Origin: an uncultured Planctomycetota bacterium
GTDB lineage: Bacteria; Planctomycetota; Planctomycetia; Isosphaerales; Isosphaeraceae
Assembly: GCA_963845755.1 (NCBI GenBank)
Contig: CAWJTV010000049.1
Location: 32,001 to 96,000 of the forward strand
DNA: 64,000 nucleotides
Direction of reading: 5' to 3'
The notes beneath the pieces are model-generated. The model was given only the letters and a program-made list of their open reading frames with translations, was not told the origin of the DNA and did not search any database. How positions within the stretch are numbered: the stretch's first letter is position 1; each line of letters opens with the position of its first letter. This document shows, in pieces, positions 31,308 through 43,344 of the stretch. Made by a program: the position numbers and the translations under genes.

Positions 31308-32937
31308 CTAGGCTGGCAAAGTTAGCTGGAGGCAGCGGTGCTCCAAGTCCTTGAGGTAGGCATCGGGATTGTGGCGGAACCGGCGTTGCTTCCGCCGCGA
31401 TTCCCGCCGCGCCTCCAGTTCCGCGCGCAGTCCCTTCCAATCCTCAACATAGCCCGGGCTCAGCACCAAGCCTTCGTCCGGCCGCAGCCGCGTCGCCAGC
31501 CCCGAGATCACCCGCGCCGAGCCCATCACCACCAGGCCCGGCGACCCCCGACGCCGACCGCTGGCCCGGCGACTCGTGGTAGCGATGACTGCCGAAGGTG
31601 TGCTCCAGGTCGTTATTCGTCCGCGGCAGATCCGACGACTCGTAGCAGGCAAACAAGCCCGGCCAGTAGCTCCGGGTCACCTTCACGAACTGCTTCAAAC
31701 CCGCCCGCACCGTGGGCTCGTCTGTCGTCGCCACCGCCCGGCGCATTCGCGCCAGCAGTTGCACCAGCCGCCGCCGCACCTTCTTCGCCGGCAGCCCCTC
31801 CTCGTTCTTGAGGATCCGGGCGGCGCGCTTGACCCATTGGTACGACTCGCGCACCGCCGGGAACAGCGCGGCCGTCTCCTCCAGCCCGCGCCGCAGCAAT
31901 TGCCTCAGCCGTTTCAAACCCCCGGGCAGGTCGCCCGCCTTGGCGACGACATCGTCCAAGTTGGCGGCAATCCGGCTCAATCGATCCTGCCGCTTCAGCC
32001 CGGAGGCCGAAAGCGGTGGCAGTCCGTCGTCGGTCAAGGCCCCGCGCACCGCGGCGCAGTAGTCCCGCACCACCTCCGCCTCCGCGTCCTCCGCGTCGTC
32101 CTCCAGCTCCTTCTCCGCCGCACGCTCGATCTTCCGGATGCCCCGCACCCGCTTCTTCAACTCCTTCTTGGCGTGGCGATCCGCCTCGTAGATCGGCTTG
32201 GCCGCCTCGCGGAGGTAGTGGAAATGGCAGAGCTGATGGGGGACACCTTTGAGGGCGATAGCCACGGCGTTGCGGATGCTCTCCTGACCGTCGGAGACCA
32301 CGCCGGTGATCGGCACCGGCAGGACCTTCCGCACCTGGTCGATCAGGCCGGCCAGGTCCTGGGCCGTGGACGACAGCAGGCTCTTGGCCAGGAGGATCTC
32401 GCCGGAGAGGCAGTCGCGCAGCACCCAGAGGACCTCGTGGCCGACATCCGGCTGCAGGCCGTCGATGGCCAGGATGACGCGGCCCTGCGGGCGCAACAGC
32501 GGACCGAGTCGCTGGGGATCGGCCGTGGCCAGGGACCGCAGCTCGTCGTAGCGGTCCAACAGGTTGGTGACGGTGCGTTCGGCCAGGATGAGCCCGCGGT
32601 GCGTGAGCTCGCGGTGGATCTCGGGGATGCTGCGGTGCTCGGCATAGCGGAGCCGGCCCACCAGGGCCATGACGTCGAGGCCGAACTCGTGATAGGGCAA
32701 GGCGAAGTGGGGCTCAGCCTCAGGGCGGTAGGGTCTCAGGAAGCGGGAGCAGGCGGGATTGGGGCAGCGTCGGATCGTCAGGGTCAGCCGGAAGACGCCG
32801 TCGAGGGTGCTGATGGTGCGAAAGTTGTTGTAGTCGGCACCGGTCCGGTGCTGGCACTCGGGGCAGTTCAAGAGGACCGGAGTGAGGGTTAAGGCGCGAT
32901 CGGGTTGCGGTCGAGGTCGTCGTTTGTGGTTGCGCAT
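31308..32937 (-). CDS. Transposase with N-terminal Zn ribbon; frameshift near 31575
   Basis: CPEC...CPNPAC; 'LAIDGLQPDVGHEVLW', 'VVSDGQ', 'HQLCHFHYLRE', 'LPRTNNDLEH'; C-terminal piece RRASGRR...LTLPA* stops inside the IR. Confidence 0.85.
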
Positions 32938-33018
32938 GGAAAGCCTCCTCTGCTCTGTTCTGTTCTTACGTCCATTATACCAAGCCGAGGGGCTTCCCAG
33001 CTACTTTTGCTATCCTAG
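31308..33018 (-). mobile_element. Insertion sequence (ISNCY-like, unclassified) inserted in a poly-T target
   Basis: IRs CTAGGCTGGCAAAGTTAGCTGG (from 31308) and, reverse-complemented, CTAGGATAGCAAAAGTAGCTGG (to 33018); flanked by T7 and T8 runs. Confidence 0.82.
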
Positions 33019-33325
33019 TTTTTTTTCGCGGCTCGCCACTTGCACCATCCTTCTTTGGCTTGTCGCGAACGGGTGCGGGCTTGCCCGGCATCGGTCCGGG
33101 CCAATCGCTGGCGAAGAGCACGTACCGTTCGACCGGCGACAGCCCGAGGGTCCTGGATCAACTCATCGTATCCCTCCGGCTCCAGGCGCCTCGGCAAGTC
33201 GGGCTGTCCGTGCCGGAACGCGTAGAACGCCATACCCTGGGCGATCTGGCCGACGAAGACGCAACGCTGTGTGGTAGCCGAGTAGAACTGAATTCCTGAT
33301 GGAGGATCCTCCCATCGTTCCCAGA

Positions 33326-35473
<2,148 letters not shown>

Positions 35474-35742
35474 GAAGGATTCTCCTGATTGGGTTTGCCC
35501 CGATCAGGTCGAGAGTGTGCTCACCCTCAACCACTCGGAAGGAGGTCCCGATTCCGCGCGTGACAAGAGACGCCGTCTCTCCGCCTACAGTAATAGATGG
35601 TCCGGTTGATTGCCCGCAAGACCGTGGTACTTCACGAGGCAATCCGATCTCCATTGCGGTCCCATGAATGGTTGCCCTGATACCTGGATGATGCCGTGGC
35701 GGTTTCCTTCGTCGTAGTCCTGCCAAGATCGGAGGCGTCACC

Positions 35743-37032
35743 ATGATCTCCTTCGTGCTGGTCACCTCGGTTCTGCTGGCCGGTCAGAACGCGACGGCTC
35801 CGAAAGCGAAGGCCACGGAAAAGGCGGCGACGAAGATCGCACCCAGTATCGATCCGGGCGAGGCCCTGGCGAAATACAACGAGTTGCGGGATAAGACACC
35901 ACCGACAGCCGCCGCCCATTGGAAACTCGGGCTCTGGTGTGAACAGCACGGGCTGAATGCCGAGGCTTATCTGCACTTCGCCGAGGTCGTGCGGCGAGAC
36001 CCAAAGCGCGATGCGGCCTGGAGAAAGCTCGGTTTCAAGAAGTACGGCCGTCGGTGGACGACCGACGAGCAGATCGCCGGAGACAACGAGCAGAAAAAGG
36101 CGGACAAGGTCTGGGGACCGCGGCTGAGAAAGGTGCACAAGGACATCCATGGGGCCCACGGGATCACGAAGCGGGACGAGGCGCTGACTGTTCTCGACGC
36201 GATCTCGGATCCCCGGTCCATTCCGTCGGTCTACCGCGAGTTTGGAGTCGGGGGCCCATCTCACCAGCTCCTCGCGATCCAGATCCTTGGCCAGATCAAC
36301 AAGCCGCTCTCCTCGAAGGTCCTGGCCATGCTGGCTGTGTACGGCAAATCGCCGGACGTCCGGCGGCGCACGACCGAAACGCTCCGCGACCGGGCGCCCG
36401 AGGATTTCCTCGACCTCCTCGTCGGCCTGATGGTCAACCCTCTCAAGTACGAGGTAAGACCTGTCGGCGGGCCCGGCTCGCCAGGCGTGCTCTTCGTTGA
36501 GGGAGAGCGGTTCATCGTGAGCCGGTTCTACGCGCCACCGCCTCCGCCGAACTTCACGCCAGGACCGGGCGACATCGTCACCTACGATTCCTTCGGCATG
36601 CCGGTCATCACCCATTCGCTGGCCTCCTTGGGCAGCCCGAGCAAAGTCGCGGGTTTGCCGGGACTTTCGCTACAGCGAGAGATTTCTGTTCAGTTCTCCG
36701 CTCGACAGATGATGATCGAGGCCCAGAAGGGAGCCGTCGTGGCACAGTCCCAGCTCGAGGGCGACGTGTCGCTGATCAAGTCGATCAACGATGCCCGAGC
36801 GAAGTTCAACGATCTGGTCATTGCGGTCCTGAAATACGTGATGGGAAATGACCGCGGCCGGACCCCCAAGGAGTGGCGCGACGCCCTCGCCGCGGCGAAC
36901 CTGTACGTCAAGCAACCATCCCAACTCTCCAAGAAGTCGACTCTCACCGAGCTGGTGCCGCTGGCGTATAGGCCCATGTTCGGGCCGTTGCAGTTCGTGA
37001 CCGACACTCGCTTCACCTTTGGGGACGGCTGA
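35743..37032 (+). CDS. Secreted planctomycete TPR/HEAT-like protein
   Basis: Signal peptide; 'AAAHWKLGLWCEQHGL.AEAYLHF..V...DP...AAWRKLG'; 'PVGGPGSPGVLFVEG'; GGAGG RBS. Confidence 0.75.
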   Translation: MISFVLVTSVLLAGQNATAPKAKATEKAATKIAPSIDPGEALAKYNELRDKTPPTAAAHWKLGLWCEQHGLNAEAYLHFAEVVRRDPKRDAAWRKLGFKKYGRRWTTDEQIAGDNEQKKADKVWGPRLRKVHKDIHGAHGITKRDEALTVLDAISDPRSIPSVYREFGVGGPSHQLLAIQILGQINKPLSSKVLAMLAVYGKSPDVRRRTTETLRDRAPEDFLDLLVGLMVNPLKYEVRPVGGPGSPGVLFVEGERFIVSRFYAPPPPPNFTPGPGDIVTYDSFGMPVITHSLASLGSPSKVAGLPGLSLQREISVQFSARQMMIEAQKGAVVAQSQLEGDVSLIKSINDARAKFNDLVIAVLKYVMGNDRGRTPKEWRDALAAANLYVKQPSQLSKKSTLTELVPLAYRPMFGPLQFVTDTRFTFGDG

Positions 37033-37071
37033 CCGGAGCTATCCCGGTAGCTTCCGGTCCGGAAGCCTAGC

Positions 37072-37101
37072 CCTCGCGAGCGATCGCCCAACGCTCGCGG
37101 G
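37072..37101 (+). terminator. GC-rich hairpin after 37032 stop (possible terminator)
   Basis: CGCGAGCG...CGCTCGCG inverted repeat; no U-tract. Confidence 0.3.
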
Positions 37102-37280
37102 ACCGACTCGACGGGCCCTCCCCAGAAAAGCTCAAGTTTTTCAGGCCAGCAGCCGACATCCGCGATTGACGCCCTCGGCGATCGGTCGTATGATCCCGCC
37201 CGATTCGGCCTGGTCTGGCACGACCAACCAGGATTCCGAACGGACTCGACGCGCACTCGAGACGGAAGGGAGGTCGTCGC

Positions 37281-39152
37281 ATGGGGCTGGCTCTGGGATG
37301 GATGGCAATTGCGTTGGCCGGGTTGGCAGGCACACCGCAGACGGAACGAACGAATGGTCCGATCAGGTACACGGTTCGCTTCGTGGAGGCAGACGGCCTG
37401 GGCTGGCGTGAGGGCGTCTTCACCCGCCTGACGCCCGTGTCCCGTCAGGGGGCCGCGACGATCTGGACGGCACCCCGGGCTGTGATGCCGAAGCTCCTGG
37501 AAAGCGCGACCAAAGATTCCGGCTCGAACGGCTGGATGAGCCCGATCATGTCCGCGAGACCAGGCGCGCCGGTGCACTTCGCGATCCGCAAGAATCAGCA
37601 GCTCGTCACCCAGGTTGCCTGGAACGGCGACGACCGGCCCGAAATGGCGAAGTCGGAAACCGTGCGGACCGGCCCGGTCGGTACCATGACCGGCCGCCAG
37701 ATCGATCAGGGTGTCCTGGTCCAACTCGTCCTCGAGGACACCGAGGTCCGTGCGGTCCATCGTGTCACACTCGCCGGCGCGGAGGCCCACAACTGCCAGG
37801 CCACACCGTCAGCGGCGGCCATGGTGAAGCCGCAGGCGTTCATCGGCCAGGGCAAGGCCGCCGGGCTGACCGCCTACGCCTATCAGATTCAGGATTCACA
37901 AGCAGGTGGTTGCTGCTCGTCGGCGACCTGTGGAACCGAGACGAAGGCGGTCAAGACGGGAGCCGAGCAGAGTGTTGATCGCGTCCTGGTCTTGTCGCTG
38001 CCTCCCTTGATCGAATCCCCGATGCCATGCGAAACGCATCCGCATGGGACGATCTCCGAGATCCGGATCAAGGGCAGTGCGACGATTCCTGTCGAGATAA
38101 TCAAGGCCAAGCTCCTCAGCAAGACCGGCCAGCCGATCGACATGCACAAGATCGACGCCGACATCAAGTCGCTGATGCACGCTAAGTGGTTCTCCGACGT
38201 GCAGGTCTACTATGCGCCATTCCAGGATGGGCGGAGGAGCCTCTACTTCGAAGTCCATGAGAAGCCCGCTCCGACCCACGCCGATCCTGCCACTGAGACG
38301 TGCCCGAACGCTCCGGCCGCGGTCAATTCGACCGCTTCGACCGACTGTGCCTCTCAGAAGGACGAGGTGATTCAGGCGCACCTGGAGCGGATCAGCCCGG
38401 CATCCGCGGTTTGTACGTCCTCGACGTCCTCCGTGGCGTGCGTGAAGGGTGACGAGACCCGAGCAGTCGCGATCGAGGTTCCTGAGATCGACAGCCAGGA
38501 GATCATGGGCGAGTGGCTGGTACCGAAGGACGGCATCCTGCTGGTGAGCTTCGGCCCGCACACCGTGGCGGACAAGGATGGCAAGGCCGTGGTCCGCGAA
38601 CGGCTGGCGATCGTGGAGGCTGAGGGGATCACCGACGGGGCGGTCCAGCGAACCAGCCGGGTTCCGGGCTTCGTGCCGTCGCCGCGATCGGTGCTGCCGC
38701 CCGCGACGGCCGCGCCGCGAACCATCCCCGCACCCGTCGTCGCTCCCAAGGTGCCGATTGCGGTCCCAGTCCCGCCGAGCCGATCGATCCCGCAGGGGGC
38801 CCACCCTGATGGCACTCCGGCCGAACTGCCTCCGCTCCCCGCCGATGAGATCGAGACGCCGCATCCTTCCCAATCGGCCGAGCCAAGCCCTAGCCCGCAA
38901 ATCAAGAAAACTCAACCGCCGGCCAATCCCGAGTCCGACTCGCAGGCGAAAAAGACCGGCTATCAGACCACCCCGACGTCAACCGCCATTCCCGGCATGT
39001 TCCTCGCGACGCCGAACGTTGGTCTGCAGTTCCTCGTGCCGTTCAAGCCGATCTCGTTCCAGCTTCCGTTCAACCGCCGACTGGAGATCGAAATCTTGGG
39101 CCGGGTCGTCCCCAACCCGGAACCCATCGACAATCACAAGACCGACGAGTAG
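37281..39152 (+). CDS. Secreted hypothetical protein containing a single POTRA domain
   Basis: Signal peptide; 'ISEIRIKGSATIPVEIIKAKLLSKTGQPID...IDADIKSL...WFSDVQV...LYFEVHEKP' (38049-38267); Pro-rich tail. Confidence 0.7.
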   Translation: MGLALGWMAIALAGLAGTPQTERTNGPIRYTVRFVEADGLGWREGVFTRLTPVSRQGAATIWTAPRAVMPKLLESATKDSGSNGWMSPIMSARPGAPVHFAIRKNQQLVTQVAWNGDDRPEMAKSETVRTGPVGTMTGRQIDQGVLVQLVLEDTEVRAVHRVTLAGAEAHNCQATPSAAAMVKPQAFIGQGKAAGLTAYAYQIQDSQAGGCCSSATCGTETKAVKTGAEQSVDRVLVLSLPPLIESPMPCETHPHGTISEIRIKGSATIPVEIIKAKLLSKTGQPIDMHKIDADIKSLMHAKWFSDVQVYYAPFQDGRRSLYFEVHEKPAPTHADPATETCPNAPAAVNSTASTDCASQKDEVIQAHLERISPASAVCTSSTSSVACVKGDETRAVAIEVPEIDSQEIMGEWLVPKDGILLVSFGPHTVADKDGKAVVRERLAIVEAEGITDGAVQRTSRVPGFVPSPRSVLPPATAAPRTIPAPVVAPKVPIAVPVPPSRSIPQGAHPDGTPAELPPLPADEIETPHPSQSAEPSPSPQIKKTQPPANPESDSQAKKTGYQTTPTSTAIPGMFLATPNVGLQFLVPFKPISFQLPFNRRLEIEILGRVVPNPEPIDNHKTDE

Positions 39153-39166
39153 CGAGGCGATCCGGT

Positions 39167-39196
39167 GTCGGGACGAGTTGACAGGCCTGTCCCGAC
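39167..39196. terminator. Hairpin between convergent genes (bidirectional terminator or REP-like)
   Basis: GTCGGGAC...GTCCCGAC 8-bp stem. Confidence 0.4.
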
Positions 39197-39200
39197 GATT

Positions 39201-39968
39201 CTACAACGACGAGGTATAGCCGCCGTCAACCGGGACCGCGATCCCGGTGACATAATCGCTGGCCGCGCTGGCCAGCCAGATCGCCGTGCCCGCCATATCG
39301 GCCGGCTTCGCCCATCGACCTTGCGGAATCCTTGACAAGACGCGCTCGTGAAGGCCCGGGATCTGCTCCCGGGCCTTCTCCGTCAGCTCGGTGTCGAACC
39401 AGCCCGGCAGGATCGCGTTGACCTGGATCCGGTCCGCGGCCCAGGCGAGTGCCAGACTCTTGGTCAACTGGACGATCCCTCCCTTGCTCGTTGCATACGC
39501 GGGCGCAAAGCTGGCGCCGAAGATCGATGTCATGCTGCCGATGTTGATGATCTTGCCGCCGCCCTCCCGTTTCATCGCCGGATAGACCGCCTTCGACATC
39601 AGGAACGCGCTGGTGAGGTTGGCGCTCATGACTTCGTTCCATTCCGCGAGCGTCATCTCCTGCGGAGGCCGGCGGATGTTGATACCGGCATTGTTGAACA
39701 GGATGTCGGCGCGGCCGAACCGGTTCAGCGTCTCATCGGCGGCGCGCTCGATGTCATCGGCGCGTGCAACGTCGGCGGTGACGACGAGCGTCTCGGACCC
39801 GGTCTGGGATTGGATCTGGGCCGCGGCCGCTTCCGACTTCGCCGTGTTCCGACCCAGGACGGCGACCTTGGCCCCGGCCTGGGCCAATCCCATCGCGATG
39901 CCCAGGCCGATCCCCCCATTGCCCCCGGTCACGATGGCCACTTTGCCGGTCAAGTCGAATAGGTTCAC
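39201..39968 (-). CDS. SDR oxidoreductase, 2-deoxy-D-gluconate 3-dehydrogenase/gluconate 5-dehydrogenase-like
   Basis: TGGNGGIG, NNAG, 'GGKIINIGSM', YATSK, 'VNAILPGWFDT', 'VDGGY'. Confidence 0.9.
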   Translation of the reverse strand: MNLFDLTGKVAIVTGGNGGIGLGIAMGLAQAGAKVAVLGRNTAKSEAAAAQIQSQTGSETLVVTADVARADDIERAADETLNRFGRADILFNNAGINIRRPPQEMTLAEWNEVMSANLTSAFLMSKAVYPAMKREGGGKIINIGSMTSIFGASFAPAYATSKGGIVQLTKSLALAWAADRIQVNAILPGWFDTELTEKAREQIPGLHERVLSRIPQGRWAKPADMAGTAIWLASAASDYVTGIAVPVDGGYTSSL

Positions 39969-40037
39969 TTCGTTCTCCGTTTGTATGACAGGTCGCAAAT
40001 GGGCAAGGCCATGCAGGCCGGGCAGCTCTCGTCTCCT

Positions 40038-41969
40038 TCAATCCCACTTGAGGATCGCACCGGTATCGGCGCTGGTGGCCATCTTGGCATATCGCGCGAG
40101 GTAGCTGGACTTGATCCTCAAGGGTCGCGGAGCCCAGGCCGCGCGGCGGCGGGCGAGCTCCTCATCCGAGAGGCGGACGGAGAGCACGCCGTTGGGAATG
40201 TCGATATCGATGATGTCGCCGTTCTGGAGGAGGCCGATCGGGCCGCCGACGGCGGCCTCGGGGCTCACGTGGCCAATCGACGCGCCGGCGGTCCCACCGG
40301 AGAAGCGACCGTCGGTGATCAGCGCGCATTGCTCGTCCAGGCCAACTCCTTTGATGGCCGTCGTTGGTGCGAGCATTTCCTGCATCCCTGGCCCGCCCTT
40401 GGGCCCTTCATAGCGGATCACGATGACATCGCCCGCCTTGATCTCGCGGTTGATGATCCCCTCGAAGGCTTTGATCTCGCTCTCAAAGATGACGGCGGGA
40501 CCCGAGTGCTTGAGCATCTTGGGACTGACCCCGGCCGTTTTGATCACAGCGCCCTTGGGCGCGAGGTTGCCCGAGAGCATCGTCAGGCCGCCGGTCTTCG
40601 AATAGGCGTTCGCCACGGTTCGGATCACGTCGTATGGGTCGAAACCGTCGTCCTCGGGACCGTTTCCGGCCGGATGTCGAGCACTGCTGTGACCGTTGCC
40701 GTTGCCCGATTCTTCCTCGCCGGTTTCGCCTTCCGCGTCGAGAAGGGCGAGCCCGGCGGCCTGCGATCGGGCCTCGGCGGCGACGCTGGGAACGGTCCAC
40801 GCCTGGCTGCTGCGCTCGCCGCCGGCGCGGATACGCGTCAACAACCGGGCCGCGGCGACTACCGCCGCGCCCCGCACATCATATTCCTCGATATTCTCGC
40901 CGATGGTCTTGCCCGTCACGGTGGGACAGGTCAGATCCATCAGGCCGGGACAACCCCGCGCCACCTCGCCCAGGATCGTGTGGATTCCTCCGGCGCGGGC
41001 GACGTCCTCGACGTGATAGCGGCTCGACGGACTCACCTTGCAGAGGTTGGGGGTCCGCTTGCTCAGGGCATCGATCCGATCGAGCGTGAACGGCACACCG
41101 GCCTCGTGCGCGATCGCGAGGATATGCAGGACCGTGTTGGTGCTCCCGCCCATCGCCATGTCGAGGATCATCGCGTTGTCGAAGGCGGACGGCGAGGCGA
41201 TCTCTCGGGGCAGCAGGCCATGACCCGGCCCGAGCTTGCCGAACTCCCGCGCCATGGCCACGACCCGATTGGCCGCGCGTTCGTAAAGCGCCTTCCGATC
41301 GGCCGAGGTTGCCAGGATCGTTCCATTGCCAGGCAAGGCCATACCGATCGCTTCGGCCAGGCAGTTCATGCTGTTGGCCGTGAACATTCCCGAGCAGCTC
41401 CCGCAAGTCGGGCAGGCAGCTTTCTCGATCTCCTCCAGTTCCTCGGCCGAGAGCTTACCGTTCTGCTTCTGCACACCTCCAACGAAGGCATCGATCAGGT
41501 CGACGGTCTTCCCCGACGCGGTGCGCCCCGCTTCCATAGGGCCGCCCGAGACGAAGATCGTTGGGATGTTGACCCGCATCGCCCCCATGAACATGCCAGG
41601 CACGATCTTGTCGCAGTTCGGGATGCAGACCATCGCGTCGAAGCAGTGCGCCTGGATCATCGTCTCGACGCTGTCGGCGATCAGCTCGCGCGACGGCAGC
41701 GAGAACTTCATCCCGTCGTGGCCCATGGCGATGCCGTCGTCCACGCCGATCGTATTGAACAGGAACGGGACGCCCCCCGCCGCGCGTACGCATTCCTTGA
41801 CGTAGTTCCCCACGACTTGGAGATGGACGTGTCCCGGGATGATGTCGACGTGACTGTTGCAGATGGCGATGAACGGCTTGTCCCAGTCCCCCTCGCCAAC
41901 GCCGGTGGCACGGAGCAGACTGCGATGGGCGGCGCGGGTGTCTCCCCGCTTGATCGTGTCGGAACGCAT
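40038..41969 (-). CDS. ilvD: Dihydroxy-acid dehydratase
   Basis: '[26 protein letters not shown]', 'CDKIVPG', '[19 protein letters not shown]', 'GGSTNT', '[15 protein letters not shown]', 'TDGRFSGG'. Confidence 0.97.
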   Translation of the reverse strand: MRSDTIKRGDTRAAHRSLLRATGVGEGDWDKPFIAICNSHVDIIPGHVHLQVVGNYVKECVRAAGGVPFLFNTIGVDDGIAMGHDGMKFSLPSRELIADSVETMIQAHCFDAMVCIPNCDKIVPGMFMGAMRVNIPTIFVSGGPMEAGRTASGKTVDLIDAFVGGVQKQNGKLSAEELEEIEKAACPTCGSCSGMFTANSMNCLAEAIGMALPGNGTILATSADRKALYERAANRVVAMAREFGKLGPGHGLLPREIASPSAFDNAMILDMAMGGSTNTVLHILAIAHEAGVPFTLDRIDALSKRTPNLCKVSPSSRYHVEDVARAGGIHTILGEVARGCPGLMDLTCPTVTGKTIGENIEEYDVRGAAVVAAARLLTRIRAGGERSSQAWTVPSVAAEARSQAAGLALLDAEGETGEEESGNGNGHSSARHPAGNGPEDDGFDPYDVIRTVANAYSKTGGLTMLSGNLAPKGAVIKTAGVSPKMLKHSGPAVIFESEIKAFEGIINREIKAGDVIVIRYEGPKGGPGMQEMLAPTTAIKGVGLDEQCALITDGRFSGGTAGASIGHVSPEAAVGGPIGLLQNGDIIDIDIPNGVLSVRLSDEELARRRAAWAPRPLRIKSSYLARYAKMATSADTGAILKWD

Positions 41970-42221
41970 GGTGCGGCTCTCATAAGATGCACGACGGTTG
42001 GAATCGAATCGCTCCAACCCATCCTATCAGACGTCACCGGAAGGGCCAAGCCGGGGAGCGGAGCCGAACGCAAACCTTCACCACAGGCTCTCCTCCGGCC
42101 GAAAAGTTCCATAAGAGGAACGCGGATCGACGAAGCTCGTTCATGACGCCATGACCGGAGAATGGGAGCGAGACGCGAACTCGGGAGATACGGATTCAAG
42201 AATGCGTCACGAGCAGCAAAT

Positions 42222-42944
42222 TCAAGGGGCGGTTCTCCAGAGGAAGTGCCCGATCATCAGGCCGGCGATGAACGACATCGCGACCGAGAGGAGGACGAAC
42301 AGCGACCAGGCCAGGACGACGGTCGCCGGCAGGGTGACCTCGCGGATGCGCCGGGCCTCGATGGCCGGCGGAAGGATCGGCGAGGTCTCGAACTGGATCG
42401 GCGGGACGACCACGTCCACAGGAGGCACGGGAAGCGGCGGAGGCGCGGCGATCGGGCCGGGGGTCGCGGCGAGCGGAGGGGGTGCGAAGGCCGGCTCTGG
42501 CGGAGCCGTGGCTTCAGGAGCCGGCGGCAGCATCTCCGGCGCGAAGGTGGCGGGGAACTCGAACGGATCCTGGCGAGTCGTCGACGTAGGCGGGGGTCGG
42601 TTCGTCAAACTTTCGAAGAACTCGGCCTCGACGCGCAAGTCCTCGGGTCGAAGCGCGGCAACGTCCGGCGGGATGATGGCCGCGATCTCCGACAGGAACG
42701 GCGACGGTTCTCCGATGGAAGTTGATGAGCCGGCGACCGATGTTGAGACCTTGACCGAGGAAGTCTGACTCGCCTCCAGGTCGGGATCCGCTGACCCGTC
42801 ACCTTTGGACGGAGTCTCCAGGCGCGGAATCATGAGATCGGCCTGGCATTTCGGGCACGCGACCACGGTGCCAACCTTGTTCGGCGCCACGGCCAGGAGT
42901 TGGTTGCATTGATAGCAGCGAATCTTCAGCCGTTCGACCGCCAT
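42222..42944 (-). CDS. Zn-ribbon, Pro-rich, C-terminally membrane-anchored protein
   Basis: CYQC...CPKC; Pro-rich linker; single C-terminal TM helix. Confidence 0.75.
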   Translation of the reverse strand: MAVERLKIRCYQCNQLLAVAPNKVGTVVACPKCQADLMIPRLETPSKGDGSADPDLEASQTSSVKVSTSVAGSSTSIGEPSPFLSEIAAIIPPDVAALRPEDLRVEAEFFESLTNRPPPTSTTRQDPFEFPATFAPEMLPPAPEATAPPEPAFAPPPLAATPGPIAAPPPLPVPPVDVVVPPIQFETSPILPPAIEARRIREVTLPATVVLAWSLFVLLSVAMSFIAGLMIGHFLWRTAP

Positions 42945-43344
42945 GGGTCGTTCCCTCGCTTCCCAACGAATCTGGCCGGCACACGGCGGCCGCCCCGAGG
43001 TTATCGCACTCCAGCCTACGCAACTCGATCGCGGTCCGCTACCGCAGTACCTGCAGCCCAGGTTTAAGGACGGGAACGAATAGTGGAATGGCTCACGACG
43101 TCCGAATGACCAGGCGACTTGACCTGCTCCGCGAGGCTGTCACAATAGGTAAGCGTTCCGTGGAGCGGAGATTGCGTCAAGGGGCTCGTTCCCGAGTCCG
43201 AGCCCGAATGAACTCGGATCGACCGACGGAGCCGATCGATCGGTCAGGAGGCGATCGGGCGGAGTCGTGAATCATCCCTGGACCCCCGGCACGGCACCGG
43301 ATCACGCGGAGACCGATATGGGCAACCACACGAGGGAACGCGAC

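Noticed and set aside
39981..42146. 721-aa plus-strand ORF
   Set aside because: Antisense shadow of ilvD with no recognisable motifs; expected in high-GC DNA
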